From positions 9,734-73,733 of the forward strand of contig DASRWC010000011.1 in assembly GCA_035654795.1 (NCBI GenBank): a stretch of 64,000 nucleotides of DNA. The letters are read 5' to 3'. The stretch comes from Flavobacteriaceae bacterium. GTDB taxonomy: Bacteria; Bacteroidota; Bacteroidia; Flavobacteriales; Flavobacteriaceae. Position numbers and translations under genes: made by a program. Under the pieces are notes generated by a model that had not been told where the DNA came from, did not search any database, and worked only from the letters and a program-made list of their open reading frames with translations. Each line of letters begins with the position of its first letter. Position 1 is the first letter of the stretch. Shown here piece after piece: positions 28,240 to 36,485 of the stretch.

Positions 28240-28638
28240 ATGAAAAACTTTGTCGCCATACTTCTATCTACCCTTATCCTTACTCAAGGGGCGGGACTTG
28301 GTGTAGGCGACATTTTACTTTTTGGCCGGCTTCTGGAACACGCTCAGTGCCATTCAGAAAATTATGGAGATGATTTTTTGACATTTTTAGCAGAACATTA
28401 CGGGCCGTTGTATTCAGAGCATAAAGATGCACACGGAGAGGATGATTCCCATCATAAACACCTTCCTTTTCATCATGACCAATGTCATCATTCCATTGCA
28501 GAAGTAATCGTTTATTCTTATGAATTCCCGATTGAGCGTGCGTATTTACCAATTATTTCTGACTCCAATTTCTTTTATCTGGATTTACATTCTTCCTTTG
28601 AAAAGACACCGCTTTTCCAACCTCCCAAAATTGCATAA
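28240..28638 (+). CDS. Small His-rich protein with an N-terminal hydrophobic segment, first gene of the czc-like operon
   Basis: 132 aa. HAQCHSENYG, EHKDAHGEDDSHHKHLPFHHDQCHHS. No family recognised. Confidence 0.55.
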   Translation: MKNFVAILLSTLILTQGAGLGVGDILLFGRLLEHAQCHSENYGDDFLTFLAEHYGPLYSEHKDAHGEDDSHHKHLPFHHDQCHHSIAEVIVYSYEFPIERAYLPIISDSNFFYLDLHSSFEKTPLFQPPKIA

Positions 28639-28751
28639 CATACTTGGTTTTTACTTTGTATAGAGCAAAGTATTCTTCAATCTTCTTTTCTAAAGATTGA
28701 AAGTCAATTATTTATTCAGATTTCATTTAAGAAATCAACCTAATTTATGTT

Positions 28752-31700
28752 ATGCTTTCAAAAATTATTCGGTTTAGTATAAACCACAAATTGATTATAG
28801 GGCTTTTTACCCTGGCATTGATCGGAGTTGGAATTTATGCACTAACTCAAATTACGATTGGTGCCGTTCCCGATGTCACTAATAATCAGGTTCAAGTAAT
28901 CACAACTTCCAAAAATCTTTCCACTCAAGATATGGAGCAATATGTTACATATCCTATTGAGCTGGAAATGGTCAATCTTCCCGGAGTGAAAGAAATTCGC
29001 TCCATAACCCGTTTCGGTTTGTCTGTTGTTACCATTGTTTTTCATGACAACATGGGAACTTACTTGCCTCGTCAATTGATAGCTGAAAAGATTCTTTCAG
29101 CTTCTGAGCATATTCCCGAAGGATTTGGTACTCCTGAAATGGCACCAATAACAACAGGACTCGGAGAAATATATCAATATACCCTAGAGGTTGAGCCCGA
29201 ATTTAAAAACAAATATTCTGATATGGACTTACGTACCATTCAGGATTGGATTGTAAAACGCCAGCTCTCGGGTATTCCGGGTGTAGTTGAAATAAATACA
29301 TGGGGTGGGCATTTAAAACAATATGAAGTGGCTATTCGCACCAATCGGTTAAACGCTATGAATATAACCATTCAGGATGTTTACACCGCCCTTGAAAAAA
29401 ACAACAGCCTATCCGGCGGCGGATATATCGAACGCGAGAATCAGGCGTATTTTATTCGAGGAGAAGGATTGGTGAAAACGCTGGAAGATATCGAAAACAT
29501 CGTTGTTAAAAACAACAACGGAATTCCGGTTTTTATCAGAGATGTGGCCCATGTCCATTTCGGATCTGCTGTTCGTTTTGGAGCCGTTACAGGGAACGGA
29601 GAAGGAGAAAAAGTAATGGGCCAAATCTTGATGCTAAAAGATGGCGATTCACACAAAATTATCAATGATATTAAAAAACGGGTGGAATTAATTTCAGAGA
29701 ATCTGCCTGAAGGAGTATATATCAACCCTTTTCTGGAAAGAAGTGAACTCCTAGACAAAACTACTTCTACAGTTGCAGAAAATTTGATATTGGGGATCTT
29801 GATTGTAATTTTTGTGGTTGTTCTTCTTTTTGGAAATCTACGTTCAGGATTTGTTGTTGCCTCTGTTATTCCATTATCACTTCTCTTTACGCTCTCCATG
29901 ATGTATCTTTTTAATCTGGATGCCAACTTAATGAGTATGGGGGCCATAGATTTTGGAATCATCATTGACGGAGCAGTTATTATCGTAGAATTTGTCGCCT
30001 TTCAAATTGCAAAAAATTCAGCTTCACTCAATGCTCTACCGCCTCAAGAAAAACAGGCTGCAAAAGATGCCATTACCGAAGAAAGTGCAACCACAATGAT
30101 GAATGCGGCTGTTTTTGGCCAGTTGATTATTCTGATTGTATTCATACCCATTTTGTCCTTAGGTGGAGTAGAAGGAAAGATGTTTCGTCCCATGGCCTTA
30201 ACTTTCAGCTTTGCACTTGTTGGCGCAATGATTCTTTGTTTTACATACGTCCCTATGGCCGCTGCTTTGTTTTTGAAACCCAACAAAAAAGAGAAGAGAA
30301 ACTTTTCAGACAGACTTATGGATAAAATCAGAAATTGGTATGACCCTGTAATCCGTAAGGCTTTAAGAGCCAAAAAACTCGTCCTCGCTGTGGCAGCAGG
30401 TATTCTTGTGGCTACGACATTTTTATTTTCCGGTATGGGATCAGAATTCGTTCCGCAGCTAGACGAAGGAGATTTCGTGATTCAGCCTGTATTAAGAACC
30501 GGAACTTCGTTAAGCAATACTATTGAAATTACAACTCAGATAGAGAAAATCCTTTTAGAAAACTTTCCCGAAGTCGATCAGGTGGTGAGCAGAATTGGAG
30601 CTGCAGAAGTGCCTACAGATCCAATGGCTATGGAAGAAAGCGATATTGTGATTAACCTAAAACCAAAGAAAGAATGGACCTCGGCGAAAACAAAAAATGA
30701 GCTTGCAGATAAATTTAAGGAAGCCCTGGAGGTAATCCCGGGAATGGATGTAGAGTTTACTCAGCCAATAGAAATGCGGTTTAACGAACTTATTACCGGA
30801 GTGCGTGCAGATATTGCAATCAAAATCTTCGGAGAAGATATGGAGTTTCTTGCCGAGAAAGCGAACGAAATCAAAAACTTAATTGAAGATGTTGAAGGAG
30901 CCGACGATATTATTGTTGAAAAAGTTATTGGACTTCCGGAAATGCGAGTTGCCTTTGACAGAGCAAAAATTGCCCGCTTCGGATTGAACACTGCCGATTT
31001 AAATGATATTATCGCAATGGGTTTTGCAGGAAAAACCGCCGGAAGTATTTTTGAAGGAGAAAGGCGTTATGATATCGTGCTCAGGCTTGATGAGGATAGT
31101 AGAAAAGACATCTCAAGTCTTGAGAATCTTTATGTAGATACACCTTCAGGCGGAAAAGTTCCTCTTCGTGAGCTCGCAGAAATTACTTACGCTAAGGGGG
31201 CTGCCAAAATTTCGCGAGACGATACAAAACGACGTATTGTAGTAGGTGTAAATGTGCGTAGCCGGGATCTACAAAGTGTGGTGGACGATGTCCGGAAAAG
31301 AATTCATGACAACATCCATCTTCCTGCAGGATACACCATAGAATACGGCGGACAATTTGAGAATTTACAATCGGCCAAGCTTCGATTGTTTATTGCTGTT
31401 CCCGTGGCACTGGTTCTCATTTTTATCCTTCTCTATTTTGCCTTTCATTCGGTTAAAAAAGCTTTAATCATCTATGCGGTAATTCCTCTTGCTGCTGTGG
31501 GAGGTGTGCTTCTCTTGTGGCTTCGAGATATGCCCTTTAGTATTTCTGCCGGAGTAGGATTTATTGCTTTATTTGGAATTGCAGTGCTGAACGGAATTGT
31601 GCTATTAGAACATTTTAAAGAGCTGAAAGCTTCGGGACTGACAGATCCTGAAGAATTAATTATAACAGGAACAAAAGATCGATTACGAGCGGTTATCCTT

Positions 31701-33092
31701 ACAGCCTCTGCTGCTGCTCTGGGATTCTTGCCTATGGCTGTTTCAGGAAGTGCAGGGGCGGAAGTGCAAAGACCTCTCGCCACAGTGGTTATTGGAGGAC
31801 TTGTGAGTGCTACCATTTTGACCCTCGTGGTGCTTCCCGTGTTATATTCCATCTACGAAGGCGGCGGTTTTAAGGGGAAGCATAAAAATAGTAGAGTGAA
31901 TAAAAAATTCATTTCAGTGGTTCTACTCCTTCTGTGTTTCAGCGGATATCAAGTTGTCAATGCACAAGAACAATCGCTGGAAGATCTTCAATTTTTGGCT
32001 CGTAAAAATAACCTGGGTTTAAAAGCTTTGGGTATAGAACGTGACGAAGCCAAAGCGCTCATTGGGTCTGCTTTTTCATTGGACAAAACAGAGTTGTTCT
32101 ATGAATATGACGAAAACAATATTGCTCCAAATAATTTACCGCTGAGAGTGTGGGGAATCGCTCAGGATTTTTCATTTCCAACGGTATATTTCGCCGAGCG
32201 AAAGGTTCTGAAACAACAACATATGCTTCAAAACAGCTTGTTTGAATTGAAATCTTTTATTCTTGATGGACAGGTAGCTGCGGCTTATTATCAGTTTTTG
32301 TATCAGAAAAACAAGGAAGATGTTTACGTGAAACTTGATAGTCTCTATCAAAATTTTTCAAAGGCAGCCGACAGACGATTTGAGTTAGGTGAAACCAATT
32401 ACCTGGAAAAAATAACTGCCAGAGCCAAACAACGCGAACTTCAGGCAGAATTATCTGCAAGTTCGGAAGAGGTCATTTTAGCTCTGGAGAAATTAAAAAT
32501 CTTGACACAATCTGATGGTCCCATAAAACCGAAGGTAAAAGTTTTGGAGCGAATATTATTGGATACCTTAATGACCACAACACATCCGGGAAGCGTCCTT
32601 TATAAGAATCAAAACGAATTGTTCCGATACCGAAGCAATCTTGAGAAACAACAATTACTTCCGGATTTTTCAATTTCCTATGGGATGGGAAGCAATCCCT
32701 CTCTGAATGAAAATCTTTACTCCTATCAAATCGGATTAAAAATCCCTCTGTTTTTTGGAGGAAAAGCTTCAAAAATAAAAGCAGCGCGTGTGGCTCAAGA
32801 AGCATCTGAAGTGCAGGCGGCAGATTTCGAGACGCAACTTTCGTCAAGGAGAAGACAACTTTTAAACGAATTGAGGAAATATGAAGAATCGCTTGCTTAT
32901 TATGATGAAGAAGGAAAAGAACTTTCAGAACAGATATTACGTACAGCTACAGGAAGTTTTCAAAATGGAGAAATAGATTTCTTTCAGTACATCCAAAGTC
33001 TGGAAAACGTGTATTCCATTGAACTTCGCCGGCTAGAGAACCTTAATAATTACAACCAAACCATAATTGCCCTTACCTATATAAATCTATAA
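28752..33092 (+). CDS. CzcA-type HME-RND efflux pump fused in frame to a TolC/CzcC-like outer-membrane factor
   Basis: 1446 aa. Residues 1 to about 1035 form a 12-TM RND pump with the TM4 motif DFGIIIDGAVIIVE (divalent-cation DFG-DGA-VE type). The linker is GGGFKGKHKNSR. A signal-peptide-like segment VNKKFISVVLLLLCFSGYQVVNA|QEQ follows. After it comes about 395 aa of two-repeat OEP/TolC-like sequence. Confidence 0.9.
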   Translation: MLSKIIRFSINHKLIIGLFTLALIGVGIYALTQITIGAVPDVTNNQVQVITTSKNLSTQDMEQYVTYPIELEMVNLPGVKEIRSITRFGLSVVTIVFHDNMGTYLPRQLIAEKILSASEHIPEGFGTPEMAPITTGLGEIYQYTLEVEPEFKNKYSDMDLRTIQDWIVKRQLSGIPGVVEINTWGGHLKQYEVAIRTNRLNAMNITIQDVYTALEKNNSLSGGGYIERENQAYFIRGEGLVKTLEDIENIVVKNNNGIPVFIRDVAHVHFGSAVRFGAVTGNGEGEKVMGQILMLKDGDSHKIINDIKKRVELISENLPEGVYINPFLERSELLDKTTSTVAENLILGILIVIFVVVLLFGNLRSGFVVASVIPLSLLFTLSMMYLFNLDANLMSMGAIDFGIIIDGAVIIVEFVAFQIAKNSASLNALPPQEKQAAKDAITEESATTMMNAAVFGQLIILIVFIPILSLGGVEGKMFRPMALTFSFALVGAMILCFTYVPMAAALFLKPNKKEKRNFSDRLMDKIRNWYDPVIRKALRAKKLVLAVAAGILVATTFLFSGMGSEFVPQLDEGDFVIQPVLRTGTSLSNTIEITTQIEKILLENFPEVDQVVSRIGAAEVPTDPMAMEESDIVINLKPKKEWTSAKTKNELADKFKEALEVIPGMDVEFTQPIEMRFNELITGVRADIAIKIFGEDMEFLAEKANEIKNLIEDVEGADDIIVEKVIGLPEMRVAFDRAKIARFGLNTADLNDIIAMGFAGKTAGSIFEGERRYDIVLRLDEDSRKDISSLENLYVDTPSGGKVPLRELAEITYAKGAAKISRDDTKRRIVVGVNVRSRDLQSVVDDVRKRIHDNIHLPAGYTIEYGGQFENLQSAKLRLFIAVPVALVLIFILLYFAFHSVKKALIIYAVIPLAAVGGVLLLWLRDMPFSISAGVGFIALFGIAVLNGIVLLEHFKELKASGLTDPEELIITGTKDRLRAVILTASAAALGFLPMAVSGSAGAEVQRPLATVVIGGLVSATILTLVVLPVLYSIYEGGGFKGKHKNSRVNKKFISVVLLLLCFSGYQVVNAQEQSLEDLQFLARKNNLGLKALGIERDEAKALIGSAFSLDKTELFYEYDENNIAPNNLPLRVWGIAQDFSFPTVYFAERKVLKQQHMLQNSLFELKSFILDGQVAAAYYQFLYQKNKEDVYVKLDSLYQNFSKAADRRFELGETNYLEKITARAKQRELQAELSASSEEVILALEKLKILTQSDGPIKPKVKVLERILLDTLMTTTHPGSVLYKNQNELFRYRSNLEKQQLLPDFSISYGMGSNPSLNENLYSYQIGLKIPLFFGGKASKIKAARVAQEASEVQAADFETQLSSRRRQLLNELRKYEESLAYYDEEGKELSEQILRTATGSFQNGEIDFFQYIQSLENVYSIELRRLENLNNYNQTIIALTYINL

Positions 33093-33099
33093 TAAGAAG

Positions 33100-34248
33100 A
33101 TGAAAAATTTTTTATATATCGTTTTTGCTTTATTGCTTGTCAATTGCGGAAAACAACAAACTGCTGAAGAGTTGACCCCACACGGGAAAGATGTAGATGA
33201 AGAGATTATTGTTGTGACCAAAGCTCAATTTTTATCGGCTAAGATGACGCTTGGAACTTTTGAAGAGAAGCCTTTTGCAGAATTTGTTCGCGCAAACGGG
33301 ATAATCAATGTTCCTCCTCAAAACCGAGCTATAATCAGTGCATTTGCCGGAGGGTTTGTAAAAGATCTGCCGGTTCAAGTGGGAGCTGCCATAGCCAAAG
33401 GACAACGTATCGTCACTCTTGAAAATCCGGAATTTATAGTACTCCAGCAACAGTATGTAGAACTTGCCGAACAATTGAACTACTTAAAATCTGAATATGA
33501 ACGGCAGCAGGTCATGTTAAACGAGAAAATAACGTCGCAGAAAAGTTTTTTAAAATCTGAAAGTGATTACAAATCTGCTCTGGCCAGAGTGAACAGTTTG
33601 AAAAAGAATCTGGAGATGTTGAATATAAGTCCGACTGCTGCAGCAAATGGACTTATCACTTCAAATGCGGGTATTTCCAGCCCAATTTCCGGGTATGTTA
33701 CCAATGTTTGGGTTATTCGTGGCGCCTATGTTTCTCCCTCAGATCCTGTGATGGAGGTGGTCAATACAGATGAAATTCTTCTAGAGCTGAAAGTTTTTGA
33801 AAAAGATTTAATGCAGGTCGAAAAGGAACAAGAAATTCTTTTTCGAATTCCTGAAGTTTCTAAAGAAATTTTTCACGGAACAGTTACGTTGATAGGAACC
33901 TCAATCGATTCCAATTCCAGAATGGCCACGGTTTTAGGAAAGATCCGCAATAAAGAGAATTATAACTTTTCTACCGGAATGTTTGTAGAAGCTGATATTG
34001 TTACTTCGGAAATAACCTATAATGCCATCCCGGAAAATGCAGTGGTAGAATTTGAAGGAGAAAATTACGTTTTGGTTTTACAGAAGGAAGAAAATGATTC
34101 CTATCAATTTTTACCGATGAAAGTCACTGTTGGTGCCTCTTATAAAGGCTATGTGATTATTGAAAATGACAAGGATTTTGGTCCCGATGCAAAAATCTTA
34201 ACAAAAGGAGGCTTTGTATTGCTTAAAGAAGGCGGCGGGGACCACTAA
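33100..34248 (+). CDS. Efflux RND periplasmic adaptor (CzcB/HlyD family) lipoprotein
   Basis: Lipobox LLVNC|GKQ. Barrel-sandwich and coiled-coil hairpin pattern. Starts 7 nt after the RND/OMF gene. Confidence 0.88.
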   Translation: MKNFLYIVFALLLVNCGKQQTAEELTPHGKDVDEEIIVVTKAQFLSAKMTLGTFEEKPFAEFVRANGIINVPPQNRAIISAFAGGFVKDLPVQVGAAIAKGQRIVTLENPEFIVLQQQYVELAEQLNYLKSEYERQQVMLNEKITSQKSFLKSESDYKSALARVNSLKKNLEMLNISPTAAANGLITSNAGISSPISGYVTNVWVIRGAYVSPSDPVMEVVNTDEILLELKVFEKDLMQVEKEQEILFRIPEVSKEIFHGTVTLIGTSIDSNSRMATVLGKIRNKENYNFSTGMFVEADIVTSEITYNAIPENAVVEFEGENYVLVLQKEENDSYQFLPMKVTVGASYKGYVIIENDKDFGPDAKILTKGGFVLLKEGGGDH

Positions 34249-34291
34249 TTTTTCGTAAATAAAAATTTGATGTTTAAAAATGCCCGAAGAT

Positions 34292-34336
34292 CCGGCTGTT
34301 GATATGGATTTCTCTCATCAACAGCCGGTTTTTTTA
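34292..34336 (+). terminator. Intrinsic terminator after the czc-like operon
   Basis: Perfect 12-bp stem CCGGCTGTTGAT (34292-34303) / ATCAACAGCCGG (34317-34328), followed by T7. The T-tract overlaps the stop codon of the convergent gene. Confidence 0.85.
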
Positions 34337-34720
34337 TAATCTCAATTGAAGATAACCTTTTTGCTGAAGACGTAATGCATCGGTAAATGCATTTTCCACC
34401 ACTTCCATACGTTCAGGAATGTCAGTTTTTTTAAGTCCTAGTTTCTGCATAGACAGTTTGCAAACAGCCAATTCTACCTTGTATTTCATAGCATAATCTC
34501 TGAAAGTTTGTAGCTTGTCGTCATTTAATTCTCGTAATGCCGGACCATAAAAAACGATGCGGAAATGTCCGTCTCGAAATTCAGATGTGGCTACTTGCAT
34601 TACAGCATCTGCCATATTGAGATCTGACATAAGTATCACATAATCCGTTGTCGCACTTTTTTCCTGGGCAAATATTCCAAGATTCATTAGCAGCAAACAG
34701 AAGAATAAAATCTTTCTCAT
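34334..34720 (-). CDS. Secreted DsrE/DsrF-like family protein (tentative)
   Basis: Signal peptide MRKILFFCLLLMNLGIFAQ. IVFYGPAL..ELAVCKLS..GYLQLRL layout resembles YchN/DsrE-fold proteins. Paralog of the adjacent gene. Confidence 0.5.
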   Translation of the reverse strand: MRKILFFCLLLMNLGIFAQEKSATTDYVILMSDLNMADAVMQVATSEFRDGHFRIVFYGPALRELNDDKLQTFRDYAMKYKVELAVCKLSMQKLGLKKTDIPERMEVVENAFTDALRLQQKGYLQLRL

Positions 34721-34730
34721 ATTGCCATTT

Positions 34731-35165
34731 TTAAAGAGTGAGACTTAAGAAACCTTTATTCTGCATTTGCAGATCATGCAAAACAGCATTGTCAATAATT
34801 TTAACGGTATCTTCAAAAGGAGATGAATCTACCTTAAAGGCTTTTAAAGAATAACCGCAAATAAGCAAATTCACCTTATGATCTCCCGCATTCTTAATCA
34901 TCTCTTCAATTTCTGTCGGTTTTATATCTTTTACCGCATCACCATAAATTACTAAATCAAATTGACCGAACTCTTTTTCTTTTCCGGCCAGGGTTTTGGC
35001 GGTCATAAAAATTGAGGGAAGTTGTTCTAAATTCTTTGTGAGAACAACATAATTAAATGTCTTTTCGTTTTCTACAGAAACGGTTTGCGCAGAGAGCATT
35101 TTTACTTGAGCATTTCCTGAGATGCATACCAAAAAGAACAACAATGTGCTGATAAAGGTTTTCAT
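34731..35165 (-). CDS. Secreted DsrE/DsrF-like family protein (tentative)
   Basis: Signal peptide ending GNAQ. LVIYGDAV..LLICGYSL..GFLSLTL is parallel to the downstream paralog. Confidence 0.5.
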   Translation of the reverse strand: MKTFISTLLFFLVCISGNAQVKMLSAQTVSVENEKTFNYVVLTKNLEQLPSIFMTAKTLAGKEKEFGQFDLVIYGDAVKDIKPTEIEEMIKNAGDHKVNLLICGYSLKAFKVDSSPFEDTVKIIDNAVLHDLQMQNKGFLSLTL

Positions 35166-35245
35166 ATATCTATTGAGTTTAATAATAATTTTCGAAGATA
35201 CTAATAGTATTTAAACCACAAGGATTGACCAAAACGGTTTTTGAG

Positions 35246-35259
35246 CTGATTTAAATCAT
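35246..35259 (+). promoter_or_regulatory. Crp/Fnr-type box CTGAT-TTAA-ATCAT (perfect 12-bp core TGATTTAAATCA) upstream of the fifth USP gene
   Basis: Read directly. The centre (35252.5) is 29.5 nt before the -7 box at 35282. Confidence 0.5.
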
Positions 35260-35281
35260 TTTCAAAGACCTGAGAAAAGAA

Positions 35282-35289
35282 TATATTTG
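35282..35289 (+). promoter_or_regulatory. Candidate -7 box TATATTTG
   Basis: Matches TAnnTTTG. Lies 45 nt upstream of the ATG at 35334. Confidence 0.45.
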
Positions 35290-35333
35290 ATTCTTCAAAA
35301 AGTAAATTAAAAATCAACCCAAAATCCTTATCC

Positions 35334-36173
35334 ATGATTAAAAAAATATTAGTTCCGACAGATTTTTCCAAATCCTCAGAAAATGCGCTGGAGGTGGCAG
35401 CGGCCATTGCTAAACATCACGATGCTGAAATCATTCTTCTTCATATGATGGGTCTTGCTGACGGTATGGCAACAAAAAGTGATCAGCAAGAAGTTTTTAA
35501 AGCTTTATATTTCATGCGCTATGCCGAGCAACAATTTCAAAAATTGATGGAGAAAGAATACCTGCAAGGTGTTCAGATAACTGATACTGTTCACAACTAT
35601 GTAAATTTTAGCGAGATCAACACGGTATCCAGAGAGGTGGGCGCACATCTTATAGTTATGGGATCACACGGGGCAACCGGATTAAAAGAAGTTTTTGTGG
35701 GAAGTAACACAGAAAAAGTGGTACGCACATCAGATGTTCCTGTACTTGTAATTAAACATCAAACAACCAATTTCACCCCAAAATTGGGAGTTTTTGCTTG
35801 TGATTTTCAATCTGCGGCCGTAGGACCCTACAAACGAGCCAAAAGAATGTTTGAACTTCTCGGTCTTGAGATGCAACTTCTATATATCAATCTGGCAGGA
35901 GATTTTAGAAGCACACGTGAAATTGAAAAACGAATTATTAAGTTCTTGACCGATGCCGGCGAGGACAATCCGGTAATGACTGCAAATAAAGTTATTCAAT
36001 ATAACGACTACTCCGTAGAAGCCGGAATTTTCGCTTACAGTCAAGTAGCAAATGCCGATTTGATTGCCTTACCCACAGCAGGACGTCAAGGATTAGCACA
36101 TTTCTTCTCCGGAAGTATTGGAGAAGACGTAGTGAATCATTCAGATTTACCGGTGATGACTTTCCGCGTTTAA
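35334..36173 (+). CDS. Universal stress protein family, two-domain
   Basis: ILVPTDFSKSSENALEVA N-terminus, MGSHGATGLKEVFVGSNT (G-x2-G-x9-GS), DVPVLVIK. The second domain ends LPVMTFRV. Confidence 0.9.
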   Translation: MIKKILVPTDFSKSSENALEVAAAIAKHHDAEIILLHMMGLADGMATKSDQQEVFKALYFMRYAEQQFQKLMEKEYLQGVQITDTVHNYVNFSEINTVSREVGAHLIVMGSHGATGLKEVFVGSNTEKVVRTSDVPVLVIKHQTTNFTPKLGVFACDFQSAAVGPYKRAKRMFELLGLEMQLLYINLAGDFRSTREIEKRIIKFLTDAGEDNPVMTANKVIQYNDYSVEAGIFAYSQVANADLIALPTAGRQGLAHFFSGSIGEDVVNHSDLPVMTFRV

Positions 36174-36195
36174 ATGTTTGTTTAATGGTGAAAAA

Positions 36196-36230
36196 AACCG
36201 TCTCAGTTCATAACCGGAGGCGGTTTTTTT
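36196..36230 (+). terminator. Intrinsic terminator after the USP gene
   Basis: 9-bp stem AACCGTCTC / GAGGCGGTT (one G-U pair), followed by T7. Confidence 0.75.
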
Positions 36231-36446
36231 ATGCAGAGCTCACAAGCTTTGATGGCTAACACGTCTTCTTCCCTAATAGATTTCCAAAGAAACAAAACTC
36301 TATAGGAAATCTAACTCTAAGCGATAATGGAAGGAGAGCGTAAATACTTAATTTTTCTCTACCATCGGCATTTCCAAAAGTTTTTATAATTCATCAAAAG
36401 AACCTGCTTTACCTTTAATTTTCTGACTATTATCCCGAAAAAAGCG

Positions 36447-36454
36447 TATTTTTG
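36447..36454 (+). promoter_or_regulatory. Candidate -7 box TATTTTTG for typA
   Basis: Matches TAnnTTTG. Lies 32 nt before the ATG at 36486. Confidence 0.45.
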
Positions 36455-36485
36455 CACCCTCAAAAAATTTAAGGAGCTTTCCTAT

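Noticed and set aside
29441-29965. 174-aa ORF on the minus strand inside the RND pump gene, along with other antisense ORFs at 28842-29075, 30044-30373, 31472-31852 and 32473-32847.
   Set aside because: It lies entirely antisense to a strongly supported 1446-aa CDS. Composition is low-complexity and Ser/Pro/Thr/Ile-rich, typical of the reverse frame. No start context or motifs.
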